From: an uncultured bacterium
GTDB taxonomy: Bacteria > UBP6 > UBA1177
Length of the DNA: 64,000 bases
Assembly (NCBI GenBank): GCA_905233945.1
Contig: CAJOFY010000022.1
Span: 1,490 to 65,489 of the forward strand
Direction: 5' to 3'
Shown: positions 9,769 to 19,396 of the stretch, piece after piece
Layout: each line of letters begins with the position of its first letter
Position numbering within the stretch: the first letter of the stretch is position 1
Position numbers and translations under genes: made by a program
The notes under the pieces: model-generated
Databases searched by the model: none
What the model was told of the DNA's origin: nothing
What the model saw: the letters and a program-made list of their open reading frames with translations, nothing else

Positions 9769-10479
9769 CTACGATGAAATTAATCCCAACCAGTACTTCA
9801 TCTCCAAGTCACCGTTGCTTTTAAGCTCATAAACTACCAAATCGGAACTTGCACACAATACGCCGCAATACATAAACTTATAAACAAAAACAAGATTCGT
9901 TGCTGGATCCAAAACAGGAACGGAGAAAGAGATTTCTGTGTTTCCGCATTTTCCGCTTTTTTTAACCAATTGTCCGTCAATTTGTTTCACACACTCAGCA
10001 TCACTAATAAAACCATCTTTTTCGCAGGAAGATTTTTCCAATCCCCGGATATCCATAGACTCAATGTTTTCTGCGAAAAACCGTTTGGTAACCTCTTCAG
10101 TTCGACCGTTCTTGCTTATTTCAGGTATAGACCCTATACACTGTTTCACATACTCGATAATAGAAAAACCTTCCTCTTCCTCATCTTCTTCCGGAGAATC
10201 TGTTTCACTGCTTTTATTTGTCATTTCCTGCCGTATCTCATCTCGGAAAGATTCTGTCTTAATTTTTACCATCGGGCATTTATCAGTATAATATTTACTG
10301 GTCATATCACGGATGATTTTCAGCAGAAGTTCTTGTTTTTTCTCTTCATCTTCTTTTGTTCTTCCGATTTCGCTGCTCTTTTTGATCACTTTTTCAGGAG
10401 TTTCATCGTTCCTTACAGTGCAGGAAACCAAAAACGACATTAAAATTATTGAAATTATTAGGTTTTTAAAAAAACTCAT
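9769..10479 (-). CDS. hypothetical acidic lipoprotein
   Basis: Signal peptide plus lipobox (FLVSCTV); no recognisable catalytic motif. Confidence 0.4.
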   Translation of the reverse strand: MSFFKNLIISIILMSFLVSCTVRNDETPEKVIKKSSEIGRTKEDEEKKQELLLKIIRDMTSKYYTDKCPMVKIKTESFRDEIRQEMTNKSSETDSPEEDEEEEGFSIIEYVKQCIGSIPEISKNGRTEEVTKRFFAENIESMDIRGLEKSSCEKDGFISDAECVKQIDGQLVKKSGKCGNTEISFSVPVLDPATNLVFVYKFMYCGVLCASSDLVVYELKSNGDLEMKYWLGLISS

Positions 10480-11153
10480 ATCATATTTTCCGTATTCACA
10501 ACTTTCTCAATCTCTTTTATTGCATTGCTCAGGTTAATAACTTCAAAAATAAGAAAAGCGATAGTCATTCCAAGAAAAAGAAAGCCTCTTAAAACAGAAT
10601 TTATAACAACAATCAGTGCCCACGGGACAATAAACATAGGCCAGCTTCTTAAAAAAAAGTTTTTCTGATAATGCTTGAATTTGAACTTTGTCGCATCAAA
10701 ATCAGGATAAAATGAAAGTTTTTTCAGATTTTCTATCACAATCATCTGTTTTTTCGTGCGCCATCTTCTGAAAACATCATTCACAATCAGCAAAACAACA
10801 TAAATAAACACAATCACTTGCCAGTGTTCTTTAAAAATATAGAGCATAAACGCCGATTGAATGAAGAGATACCAGTTTCTGTCAAAAAAAGACTCCGGAT
10901 AGAAAGAAAAAAAGCGGGAGAGTTTAAATTCCGAAAATAACAGATCAATCATCGCTGCCAGAAAAACAAAATACGGAAGCATTTCATAGTAATTCGCCAC
11001 AATCCTAAACAGGACAAGTTGATAGCCGTCGATATAATTTTTGCCTATTACTTCCACAAGAAAAAATATGCATATCGAACACATAAACCAGCCGAAACGA
11101 TTCAAGGCATTCATAACAAACTTTATTCTCTCTTTCAAGCACAAAAAACTCAA
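10476..11153 (-). CDS. hypothetical integral membrane protein
   Basis: Multiple hydrophobic segments; 4-bp overlap with the downstream ORF suggests translational coupling. Confidence 0.4.
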   Translation of the reverse strand: MSFLCLKERIKFVMNALNRFGWFMCSICIFFLVEVIGKNYIDGYQLVLFRIVANYYEMLPYFVFLAAMIDLLFSEFKLSRFFSFYPESFFDRNWYLFIQSAFMLYIFKEHWQVIVFIYVVLLIVNDVFRRWRTKKQMIVIENLKKLSFYPDFDATKFKFKHYQKNFFLRSWPMFIVPWALIVVINSVLRGFLFLGMTIAFLIFEVINLSNAIKEIEKVVNTENMI

Positions 11154-11185
11154 TTATTGTAGGGATTTCGGCTTAAATGGCAAGG

Positions 11186-11302
11186 AAAGCGGATTTTTGC
11201 GCCGCATCAGCACAAATTTTGCGGATTTCCGCAGATTTGAACAAAAAAATTTTGCGGATTTCCGCGGATTTGATCAAAAAAATTTTGCGATTTTCCGCAA
11301 AC
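11186..11302. repeat. 2.6 tandem copies of a 33-34-bp unit (AAATTTTGCGGATTTCCGCRGATTTGAWCAAAAA), each with a GCGG-ATTT-CCGC mini-hairpin
   Basis: Read directly from the divergent intergenic region between the 10476..11153 (-) and 11350..12675 (+) genes. Confidence 0.8.
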
Positions 11303-11349
11303 ATGTTATAAGATGCTGTTTTTGTTAGAAATTTAAAAACGAGGTTTTC

Positions 11350-12675
11350 ATGATTTTTAAAAGGAAACTTTACGACAAAATGCTCAGGTGGAAAGAGGAA
11401 CGGAAAGGCACTTCCGCACTGTTGCTGAAAGGGGCAAGACGTGTCGGAAAATCCACGCTTGTCGAGCAGTTCGCAAAAAATGAGTATAAATCCTATATTC
11501 TTATTGATTTCGCTCATGTTCCCAAAAAAATCAATGCACTCTTTGACGATATGAGTGATCTGAATTTCTTCTTTATGCACCTTCAGATTGAAACCGGCAT
11601 CACTCTCTACGAACGCGACTCTGCAATCATTTTCGACGAGGTGCAGCTTCAGCCGCTGGCACGGCAGGCGATAAAATATCTGGTAAAAGACGGCAGATAC
11701 GACTACATCGAAACGGGCTCGCTGCTCTCGATCAAAAAGAATGTTCGTGACATCGTAATTCCTTCTGAAGAAACCAGAATGACACTTTATCCTATGGATT
11801 TTGAGGAATTTTACCGGGCTTTAGGGAACGAGAGCACTTTTGAAATTCTACGAAAGTTCTGGGATATGAAGAAACCGCTCGAAAGTTCACACCGCAAACT
11901 GATGCGCGATCTGCGCCTTTATATGCTTGTCGGAGGTATGCCGCAGGCTGTTGACACATACCTTCAAACCAACAATTTGCAGGCTGTGGATGAAAAAAAA
12001 CGCGAAATAATCGAACTTTACAAGGATGATTTCAACAAAATAGACGGAAGCGGCAGGGCTTCGCAGCTTTTCGATGCAATTCCTTCACAGCTGACAGGCA
12101 ATGCCGGACGCTATCAGATTTCAAGCGTGCTGCCGAATCAGGATGCCATGCGTGTCGCAGAAATTGTGGCTGACATGGCTGACAGCATGACAGTTTCTCT
12201 GGCATATCATGTCAACGACCCTGTCATTGGAATGCCGATGACAAAAAACATCTACCGTTACAAAATGTTTGTCGCGGACACCGGGCTTTTTGTGACCCTT
12301 GCCTTCCGTGACAAGTCTTTTACCGAAAACACGATTTACAGCAGACTGCTAAGCGATAAACTTGAAGCTAATTTAGGCTATATCTATGAAAATTTAGTCG
12401 CTCAGATGCTGCGAAGCGGCGGAAACGAGCTTTTTTACTACACTTTCCCGACCGAGAGCAACCACAATTACGAAATAGATTTTCTGCTTTCCAGAGGCAA
12501 TAAGCTCTGTCCGATAGAAGTCAAGTCATCAGGATACAAAACACACAAATCACTTGATGCTTTCTGCGAAAAGTTTTCGTCGCGTGTCGGTGAAAGATAC
12601 CTGATTTACACAAAAGATTTCCACAAAGATGGCGAAACTACCTGCCTTCCGGCATATATGACACCATTTTTATAG
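11350..12675 (+). CDS. AAA+ ATPase of the AAA_14/DUF4143 family
   Basis: Walker A GARRVGKST; DxxxxIFDEVQ Walker B; C-terminal DUF4143-like region. Confidence 0.75.
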   Translation: MIFKRKLYDKMLRWKEERKGTSALLLKGARRVGKSTLVEQFAKNEYKSYILIDFAHVPKKINALFDDMSDLNFFFMHLQIETGITLYERDSAIIFDEVQLQPLARQAIKYLVKDGRYDYIETGSLLSIKKNVRDIVIPSEETRMTLYPMDFEEFYRALGNESTFEILRKFWDMKKPLESSHRKLMRDLRLYMLVGGMPQAVDTYLQTNNLQAVDEKKREIIELYKDDFNKIDGSGRASQLFDAIPSQLTGNAGRYQISSVLPNQDAMRVAEIVADMADSMTVSLAYHVNDPVIGMPMTKNIYRYKMFVADTGLFVTLAFRDKSFTENTIYSRLLSDKLEANLGYIYENLVAQMLRSGGNELFYYTFPTESNHNYEIDFLLSRGNKLCPIEVKSSGYKTHKSLDAFCEKFSSRVGERYLIYTKDFHKDGETTCLPAYMTPFL

Positions 12676-12680
12676 TCTCT

Positions 12681-12717
12681 TTCAGTTCCCGTCAGTCAAA
12701 TCAATTATTTGCGGTCG
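12681..12717. repeat. 37-bp direct repeat, copy 2; on the minus strand encodes …FRPQIIDLTDGN*, a 3' remnant of a paralog of ORF 9102..9671
   Basis: Minus-strand translation of the copy gives an intact C-terminal peptide plus stop but no upstream ORF body. Confidence 0.75.
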
Positions 12718-12792
12718 AAATGGCAAGAAAACTTTATCAACTCCATCCATACAAATTCGGAGTTTTCATATGACTTTTGCAAGTGCTTCGGT

Positions 12793-13370
12793 TTATATCG
12801 CTTCAAGCAGGAAGTAGTGGATTTCCCAGCAGTCGGCGATCTGTTTTTTTTCCCACTTGGTTTTTATGGGTCTGTCGTCGCCGCCGTAAGGAAGACGCTT
12901 GAAAAACGCGCCGGTGAGTGCGATTTCTTTTTCCATAAATTCGGCGTATTCGGGATGGTCGGTCGCGATAAAGAGTTTTCCCCCTTTTTTGAGGCGGTTC
13001 CTGAGCATGATGAGGTTTTCGAAGCGGACCGTCCTGAATTTGTGGTGTTTTTTCTTGGGCCACGGATCGGGAAAGTAGATATGGATCGCGTCAAGCGATG
13101 CGAACGGGACAAGTTCGCGCATCACGGCGATCGCTTCGAAACAGACGATGCGGACGTTATCCTGATTGAGTCTTCTTTTCAGATTCTTTTCTCCGCGCAG
13201 AAAGAATTTGCGGCTGTATTCAATTCCTAAAAAGCCGGTATCGGGCTTTGAATTTGCGTATTCGCTTAAAAAGTGACCGCTGCAGAAACCGATTTCAGCT
13301 TCAACACGCTCTTTGCCGAAAAGTTCAAGGCAAACTTCTCAAGCGGAATCTCTATTTCGGAGCTAATCAT
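12793..13370 (-). CDS. trmB: tRNA (guanine46-N7)-methyltransferase TrmB, apparently frameshifted near 13330-13340
   Basis: Catalytic frame encodes LELFGKERVEAEIGFCSG…YFPDPWPKKKHHKFR. The ATG at 13370 is 2 nt after the hpt stop and opens a different frame (MISSEIEIPLEKFA…) that stops after 34 codons. A 1-nt indel in a T-run (aagTTTgcc) reconciles the two frames. Confidence 0.6.
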
Positions 13371-13887
13371 TTTTGTCGCTCTCTTCGTAGATTTCGATGT
13401 CGGGAAGGTTTCTGTATTTCTGATCAAGATCAAGTCCGTAGCCGACAATGAATTCGTTTCTTATGTCAAAACCGAGGTAATCGACCTTGACTCTGCCTTT
13501 ATTCACCTCTTTTTTCTCAAAAAGAGAGCAGATCTTCACCGATTCAGGATGAACTTTTTCAAGTTCCTTGAGGAAAAACGAAAGAGTCGTTCCAGTATCG
13601 ACGATGTCTTCAACGATGAGCAGGTTTCTTCCTTCGAAACGTTTGAGCTCGCCCTGATCCATCGAGACGCTCCCGGTGCTTTTCGTCCCGTGATAGCTTG
13701 AAAGCCTGATGCAGTCGAGCTCGACGCGGTGAGACTTTATCTCTCTGAAAAGATCGGCACCGAAAAGAGTGCTCCCTTTCAGAATGATGAGAAATGTAAA
13801 ATCCTTTCCTGCATAATCTTCGGTAATCTGTTTTCCGAGTTCCTGGACTCTTTTCTTGAGTTCTTCCGCACTGATAAGCGTTCTCAT
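13363..13887 (-). CDS. hpt: hypoxanthine phosphoribosyltransferase
   Basis: 174 aa; PRPP-binding LIVEDIVDTGTTL motif; typical Hpt length. Confidence 0.85.
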   Translation of the reverse strand: MRTLISAEELKKRVQELGKQITEDYAGKDFTFLIILKGSTLFGADLFREIKSHRVELDCIRLSSYHGTKSTGSVSMDQGELKRFEGRNLLIVEDIVDTGTTLSFFLKELEKVHPESVKICSLFEKKEVNKGRVKVDYLGFDIRNEFIVGYGLDLDQKYRNLPDIEIYEESDKND

Positions 13888-15044
13888 ATCAAACCCCGAT
13901 AGTAAATGAATATTATAATTGCGGCTGCTATTGCAAGAAGCAGTACAAAAAGTACGATTTTGCCCGATTTTTTCGGAGCAGGTTCCTCAAAAGAAATTTC
14001 TTCTGCCGGTTCAGTCTTTTCCTTGGTTTTGTCTATGTTTTTTTCTGTATTTTCAACAGTTTCGATGCTGTTTTCCGGTGATTTTTTTTCATTTGTGTTT
14101 TTTAAAGTTACTACGGAAAGATTGAAAAGCTGTTTCAGATAAGCCGCTGTTTTCTTTCTGTCCCCGCCGCATGAATCAATTATTTCACTTATTCTGTTTC
14201 CCGATTCGGAAATATTTCTGATGACAGCATCAATATCGTCTGGCAGTTTGTTCAGATTTTCTACAAATTCGTTGAAATCAAGGTGTATCATCGTGTCTGC
14301 CGGCGGCAGCGAGCGCAGCAGAGCCGAATATTCCTTAAACCATTCCACCGCTCTTTCAATTATTTTCTTCTGCGGCAGACAAATATTCCTCTCGACCTCT
14401 ATATCACCGTAATTCACCGAAAAAGTTCCGTCAGACCATGAAAGAATCTTGTAGAGTTCCTCCATTCCGTCCTTGTTGTCGCCATCATTAGTCTCTGCGC
14501 GGACGACATTTCCTTCATCGCAGAAAATCGCCCCTTTTTTATCTGATGAAGAAGAAAATTCGACCTCTCCCGATGACTTGTTTTCAAGAAGAATACTCAG
14601 AATATTCAGCACTGAAATATCGGAAATATCACCTTCAGGCATGGTTTCAGCAGCTTCCGAGCCACTTTTAAGCTCGTATTCGCCAAGAATTTCCTTAATG
14701 TTTTTCAACAAATCGTTAATAAAAAGAGGTTTGGCAAAAACAGCTACTGCTCCCATGTCGAGAGCCAGGATCTTGTTTTCGACATCGCGCGACGACGAAA
14801 GAAAAACGAACGGGATATGCATCGTTCCGGGGTTCATTTTGACCCTTTTCATAAAGTCGATACCACTCATTTTCGGCAGGATCATCTCTGAAACAATGAG
14901 ATCAGGCTTGAAATCCGGAATAATTCTGAGTGCATCGGCTGAAGTCCCGGCAGACTCTGCCTCAAAACCATCCTGTTTCAGCTTCAAAGTAAGAATTGAA
15001 GCGACTTGTTCATCCGAATCGACAACGAGAATCCTTTTCACCAA
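13884..15044 (-). CDS. response regulator receiver protein with DUF4388-like domain and C-terminal TM anchor
   Basis: CheY-like receiver (VVDSDE…phospho-acceptor D in LIVSEM…K); central DUF4388-like segment; hydrophobic C-terminus. Confidence 0.6.
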   Translation of the reverse strand: MVKRILVVDSDEQVASILTLKLKQDGFEAESAGTSADALRIIPDFKPDLIVSEMILPKMSGIDFMKRVKMNPGTMHIPFVFLSSSRDVENKILALDMGAVAVFAKPLFINDLLKNIKEILGEYELKSGSEAAETMPEGDISDISVLNILSILLENKSSGEVEFSSSSDKKGAIFCDEGNVVRAETNDGDNKDGMEELYKILSWSDGTFSVNYGDIEVERNICLPQKKIIERAVEWFKEYSALLRSLPPADTMIHLDFNEFVENLNKLPDDIDAVIRNISESGNRISEIIDSCGGDRKKTAAYLKQLFNLSVVTLKNTNEKKSPENSIETVENTEKNIDKTKEKTEPAEEISFEEPAPKKSGKIVLFVLLLAIAAAIIIFIYYRGLI

Positions 15045-15173
15045 TGCCCCCGGGAAGCAAAAATCCGTACTATTTTAATTGTAGAAAACACTTTGTCAAA
15101 AGAAGTGAAAATATTGCCTCAAAACACAAAAAATGTAAGATTCCGCGTTTTTTTGATTTTTAAGGAGCGGAAA

Positions 15174-16889
15174 ATGGAACTTTTGAGAATCAGGCTCGAA
15201 AAACTTTTAAAAGAAGCTGTAAAAACAATAGAACCAGACTTTGAAGACTGGGGACGGCTCGTTCTTCAGCCTGCGACCGATGAAAAATTCGGCGATTACC
15301 AGACTAATTTCGCGATGACGGCTTCAAAAATATTCAGGCAACCGCCTAAAATAATTGCAGAAAGCATAATTACGGCAATTCCTGCGAACGATATTCTGGA
15401 AAAAGCTGAAGTTGCCGGGCCGGGTTTCATAAACTTCTTTCTGAAAAACAGTTTTGTCGCAGAAACGGTCAGAAAAACATTCAGTGAAAAGTGGGATTTT
15501 TCGCACATAAATACCGAAGGAACTGTTGTTATCGACTACTCTTCGCCCAATATCGCAAAACCGATGCACGTCGGACACCTGCGTACAACAATTATCGGCG
15601 ATAGCATAAAAAGAATAATGAAATTCATTGGTTACAATGTAATTGCCGACAACCATTTAGGCGACTGGGGAACTCAGTTCGGAAAACTTATCGTGGCTTA
15701 CAACAGATGGCTTGATAAAGAAAATTTCGAAAAAGATCCGATCTCGGAACTTGAAAGGCTCTACATAAAATTCGGTGACGAAGCCGAAAAAGACCCTGAC
15801 CTTGACGAACTTGCGAGAGCGGAACTCAAAAAAGTTCAGGACGGCGACGAGGCAAATCTCGCTCTCTGGAAAAAATTTGTCGAGATAACGCTTAGTGAAT
15901 GCAAAAAGATTTACGAATATTTGGGAATAAAATTCGATACTTACTATGGAGAATCGTTCTATCACAAACTTATGCCCAAAGTCATTGACGAGCTTGTCGA
16001 AAAAGGGCTTGCAGTTGAAAGCGAAGGGGCTTTAGTCGTATTTTTTGACGAGAAAGAAAACCTCCATCCATGCATCGTAAGGAAGAAAGACGGCGCGTTT
16101 TTATATGCCACGAGCGATCTCGCCACGATAAAATTCAAATACGAAAACTACAAAATGAACAAGGCGCTCTATGTTACCGACGATCGGCAGGCGGTTCATT
16201 TCAAGCAGATATTCAACATCGCAGAGCGCGCCGGCTGGAAAATGGAATTCGTCCACATCCCGTTCGGAGTCCTCTCCTTCAACGGTGAGATCCTGAAGAC
16301 ACGCGCCGGAAACACGATAAAACTTGCAGACCTTTTCAAAGAGGCTGAAAGCAAGGGTGAGAGCGTCGTTGAAGAGAAAAATCCCGAACTTCCCGAAGAC
16401 GAAAAGAAAAAAATCGCCAAGGCTGTCGGCATCGGAGCTCTCAAATACTCCGACCTTTCCCAGAACAGAACGAGCAACATCGACTTTTCGTGGGAAAAAG
16501 CACTCAGTTTCGACGGTAACACCGCGCCATATCTTCAGTACTCTTACGCAAGGGTCCAGTCGATCAAGCGCAAAGCCGCGGAAAAGGGTATAACTCTTGA
16601 TTTTAATTCGGAAATCAAAATTGAAAGCGATATCGAAAGAAGTATCGCGGCAAGTATCGCGAAATTCCCGGAATGTGTCGAAAAAGCGGCGGAACTCTAC
16701 AAACCCAACTTCATCGCCGATCACATTTTTGATCTGGTTCAGAAATTCGGCACTTTCTACAACTCGACTCCGATCCTCAAAGCGGAACCTGAACAAATGC
16801 AGTCGCGCATTCTTCTTGCCGAAGCAGTTGCACAGACTGTCAGAACCGGCTTGGATCTGCTTGGAATTGAAACGCCGGAGAAAATGTAG
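15174..16889 (+). CDS. argS: arginyl-tRNA synthetase
   Basis: Class I HIGH (PMHVGHLR) and KMSK-like motifs; AGGAG RBS 7 nt upstream of ATG 15174; the longer ORF from 15006 is unlikely. Confidence 0.9.
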   Translation: MELLRIRLEKLLKEAVKTIEPDFEDWGRLVLQPATDEKFGDYQTNFAMTASKIFRQPPKIIAESIITAIPANDILEKAEVAGPGFINFFLKNSFVAETVRKTFSEKWDFSHINTEGTVVIDYSSPNIAKPMHVGHLRTTIIGDSIKRIMKFIGYNVIADNHLGDWGTQFGKLIVAYNRWLDKENFEKDPISELERLYIKFGDEAEKDPDLDELARAELKKVQDGDEANLALWKKFVEITLSECKKIYEYLGIKFDTYYGESFYHKLMPKVIDELVEKGLAVESEGALVVFFDEKENLHPCIVRKKDGAFLYATSDLATIKFKYENYKMNKALYVTDDRQAVHFKQIFNIAERAGWKMEFVHIPFGVLSFNGEILKTRAGNTIKLADLFKEAESKGESVVEEKNPELPEDEKKKIAKAVGIGALKYSDLSQNRTSNIDFSWEKALSFDGNTAPYLQYSYARVQSIKRKAAEKGITLDFNSEIKIESDIERSIAASIAKFPECVEKAAELYKPNFIADHIFDLVQKFGTFYNSTPILKAEPEQMQSRILLAEAVAQTVRTGLDLLGIETPEKM

Positions 16890-16978
16890 TAATTTCAGCA
16901 ATTTGCACATGCAAATCGCTGAAATTAAACAAAAAACTTGATTTTTCAAAAAATATTCGTAGTATGCGTCCGCCTTTC

Positions 16979-17056
<78 letters not shown>

Positions 17057-17088
17057 GCAGTTCTTTGGCTGCCGGATGCTTTGAGTGT

Positions 17089-17165
<77 letters not shown>

Positions 17166-17197
17166 TTTTTGATGTTCTTTTTAATTTGAAGATACGT

Positions 17198-17273
17198 GGT
17201 GGGTGTAGTTCAATGGTAGAGCACCGGATTGTGGATCCGGGCGTTGTGGGTTCGAGCCCCACCTCCCACCCCA
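17198..17273 (+). tRNA. tRNA-His (anticodon GTG) with G-1
   Basis: Extra 5' G pairing with discriminator C; anticodon loop TTGTGGA; GGTTCGAGCCC T-arm. Confidence 0.75.
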
Positions 17274-17286
17274 TTACGCAGAATGT

Positions 17287-17362
17287 GGGCCCTTAGCTCA
17301 GCTGGTAGAGCAACTGACTCTTAATCAGTGGGTCGAAGGTTCGAATCCTTTAGGGCCTACCA
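17287..17362 (+). tRNA. tRNA-Lys (anticodon CTT)
   Basis: GGGCCCTTAGCTCAGCTGGTAGAGC…; anticodon loop CTCTTAA. Confidence 0.8.
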
Positions 17363-17431
17363 TCTTTTTTCTACTTTGAACATCCTCACACAGTTTTTAA
17401 GACTTTTAAAAAAGGATAAAATTCTATCCTT

Positions 17432-17514
17432 GCGAAAGTGGCGGAATTGGCAGACGCACCAGACTTAGGATCTGGCGGGAAACCGTGGGGGTTCGAGTCC
17501 CCCCCTTCGCACCA
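17432..17514 (+). tRNA. tRNA-Leu (anticodon TAG), type II with long variable arm
   Basis: GCGAAAGTGGCGGAATTGGCAGACGC…; anticodon loop CTTAGGA; long extra arm CGGGAAACCGTG. Confidence 0.75.
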
Positions 17515-17569
17515 AGTTGCTATTAAGACTGGGTTTTTAATATAAACAAGTTTTAAACGGAGAAAAAAC

Positions 17570-18871
17570 ATGGATTACAAAATCAATCATCTCAGCACAG
17601 TGGAAAAAGAGATCGAAGTCAGCTTTTCTGCTGAAGAGGTTCAGGCTCAGTTCAAACAGGAATACTCACAGCTTTCACACTCGGTAAACATCAAAGGTTT
17701 CAGGCCGGGCAAAGCTCCGCTCAACGTTCTGAAACAGTTCTACGGCAAAAACGTAAAAGCTGATGTAGAGCATCACTTCATTTCCGAAGGTATGCAGGAA
17801 GCAGTTCTCAAGGAAAAACTCAGACTTGCAACAAATCCCGAGATTTTTGACGAAACTGAACTTACCGAAACCGGCGCTTTCACTTTCAAACTCAAAGCTG
17901 AAGTTTTCCCCGAAATCGACATCGAACTCAAACCTTTCGAGCACGATTTCACTCCGATAAAATACGACGATACCATGCTTGAGAACGAACTTGAAGCAAT
18001 CAAGGCGAAGTTCATAGAATACAAAGAGAGCGAAGACGCGCTTTCGGCTGAAAAAGACAGACTCGTTATCTCCTTCGTCGGAAAAATCGACGGCAAAGAA
18101 GTCGAGAACACAGCTGGAAAAGACGTAACAGTCATTGTCGGTGATGGCAAATTCGTTCCCGATTTTGAGAAAGCGCTTTACGGCCACAAGAAAGGTGATT
18201 CCTTCACTGCCGACGTCAAATTCCCCGAAGATTACAGGTCAAAAGAACTTGCAGGAAAGACAGTTCAGTTCACAATTGACGTGACAAAAGTCGAAAAATG
18301 CGAGAACGCTCCTGAACTTACCGACGAATTCCTTGCAGGAAAAGAAGGTTATCCGGACACTGTTGCAGAACTGAAAGAGCAGATTAAGAAAAATATTGAG
18401 AACTATCTTAACGACATTTCGATGCAGGGCAAAAAGAGCATCGCTATCGAAACTTACGTCAAAGAATACGAGTTCGAAGTTCCGCCGTCATTCATGCTGA
18501 ACGAGAAAAACGCAAGAATCGATGACTACAAAAGAGAGTTTAAGGCTGAAGAAGTTCCTGCTGAAGAGCTTGCAAAGATCGAAGACGACGCAAAATTTGC
18601 AATCAAGAGATACATCATCCTCAACACTCTCGCCGACAAACTTGACATCACCGTAACCGATAAAGATGTTGACATAGCATTTGCACAGGAAGCTATGCAG
18701 TACGGCCTTCCGGCTGAATTTGCGAACAAACTCCGCGAATATGCGGGCGAAGAGAGAATCAATGCAAAGAAATATGAAATAAAAGAGCAGAAAGTTCTCG
18801 ACAAAATGGTTGAAAAGATGATTTTCACCGAAAAAGCTCCTGAAAAAGCTGACGATAAGAAAGCTGAATAA
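17570..18871 (+). CDS. tig: trigger factor
   Basis: 433 aa; N-terminal ribosome-binding GFRPGKAP signature; central PPIase-like and C-terminal domains. Confidence 0.9.
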   Translation: MDYKINHLSTVEKEIEVSFSAEEVQAQFKQEYSQLSHSVNIKGFRPGKAPLNVLKQFYGKNVKADVEHHFISEGMQEAVLKEKLRLATNPEIFDETELTETGAFTFKLKAEVFPEIDIELKPFEHDFTPIKYDDTMLENELEAIKAKFIEYKESEDALSAEKDRLVISFVGKIDGKEVENTAGKDVTVIVGDGKFVPDFEKALYGHKKGDSFTADVKFPEDYRSKELAGKTVQFTIDVTKVEKCENAPELTDEFLAGKEGYPDTVAELKEQIKKNIENYLNDISMQGKKSIAIETYVKEYEFEVPPSFMLNEKNARIDDYKREFKAEEVPAEELAKIEDDAKFAIKRYIILNTLADKLDITVTDKDVDIAFAQEAMQYGLPAEFANKLREYAGEERINAKKYEIKEQKVLDKMVEKMIFTEKAPEKADDKKAE

Positions 18872-18880
18872 TCCAATTAT

Positions 18881-19387
18881 ATGAAAAAAATCCCCTTTCT
18901 ATTTCTTTTAATTCCTTTGTTTCTCTGCGTCTCGTGCTTTGACGAATGGTCTGATGCCGCGCCCGATCCAATGACCTGGGATGAAGCGGTGAAATACTGC
19001 GAAGAGCTTGAGAACAAAGGCTACGACGACTGGTATCTGCCGACAATAGACGAGCTCAGGAGTCGGATCACAAACTGTCCGGCGACCGAGCCGGGCGGCT
19101 CCTGCCCTGTTTCAAGGGTCAACCAGCATCTTACATGGGACGACCTAAAAGAAGAGTTCGGCTGCGGAGGCTGCGATGACGGCGAAAATCACAGCCCTGA
19201 CGGCAAAGATTCAGGCTGGTACTGGTCATCCTCGACACGTTCGAAACACGCAATCGTCGCATTCCGCGTAAATTTCGACACAGGTGCAGTCGGCAACTAC
19301 AACAAAGACCACAAATTCAATGTCCGCTGTTTCAGAGACAACTCCCATGATCTGGATTGGGGTTGGGACGACAACGACGACGAGTAA
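18881..19387 (+). CDS. lipoprotein with Fib_succ_major/DUF1566 domain
   Basis: Lipobox LCVSCF; DDWYLPTIDELRSRITNC motif; paralog of 2664..3356. Confidence 0.7.
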   Translation: MKKIPFLFLLIPLFLCVSCFDEWSDAAPDPMTWDEAVKYCEELENKGYDDWYLPTIDELRSRITNCPATEPGGSCPVSRVNQHLTWDDLKEEFGCGGCDDGENHSPDGKDSGWYWSSSTRSKHAIVAFRVNFDTGAVGNYNKDHKFNVRCFRDNSHDLDWGWDDNDDE

Positions 19388-19396
19388 ATCTAAGAA

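Noticed and set aside
11186-11302. Possible CRISPR array (tandem 33-34-bp repeats)
   Set aside because: Only ~2.6 contiguous units with no spacers between them, and no cas genes; it is a simple tandem repeat.
12709-13230. 173-aa plus-strand ORF
   Set aside because: Antisense to the trmB catalytic domain, which has clear TrmB motifs on the minus strand.
16101-16949. 282-aa minus-strand ORF
   Set aside because: Antisense to argS; no motifs; typical shadow ORF.
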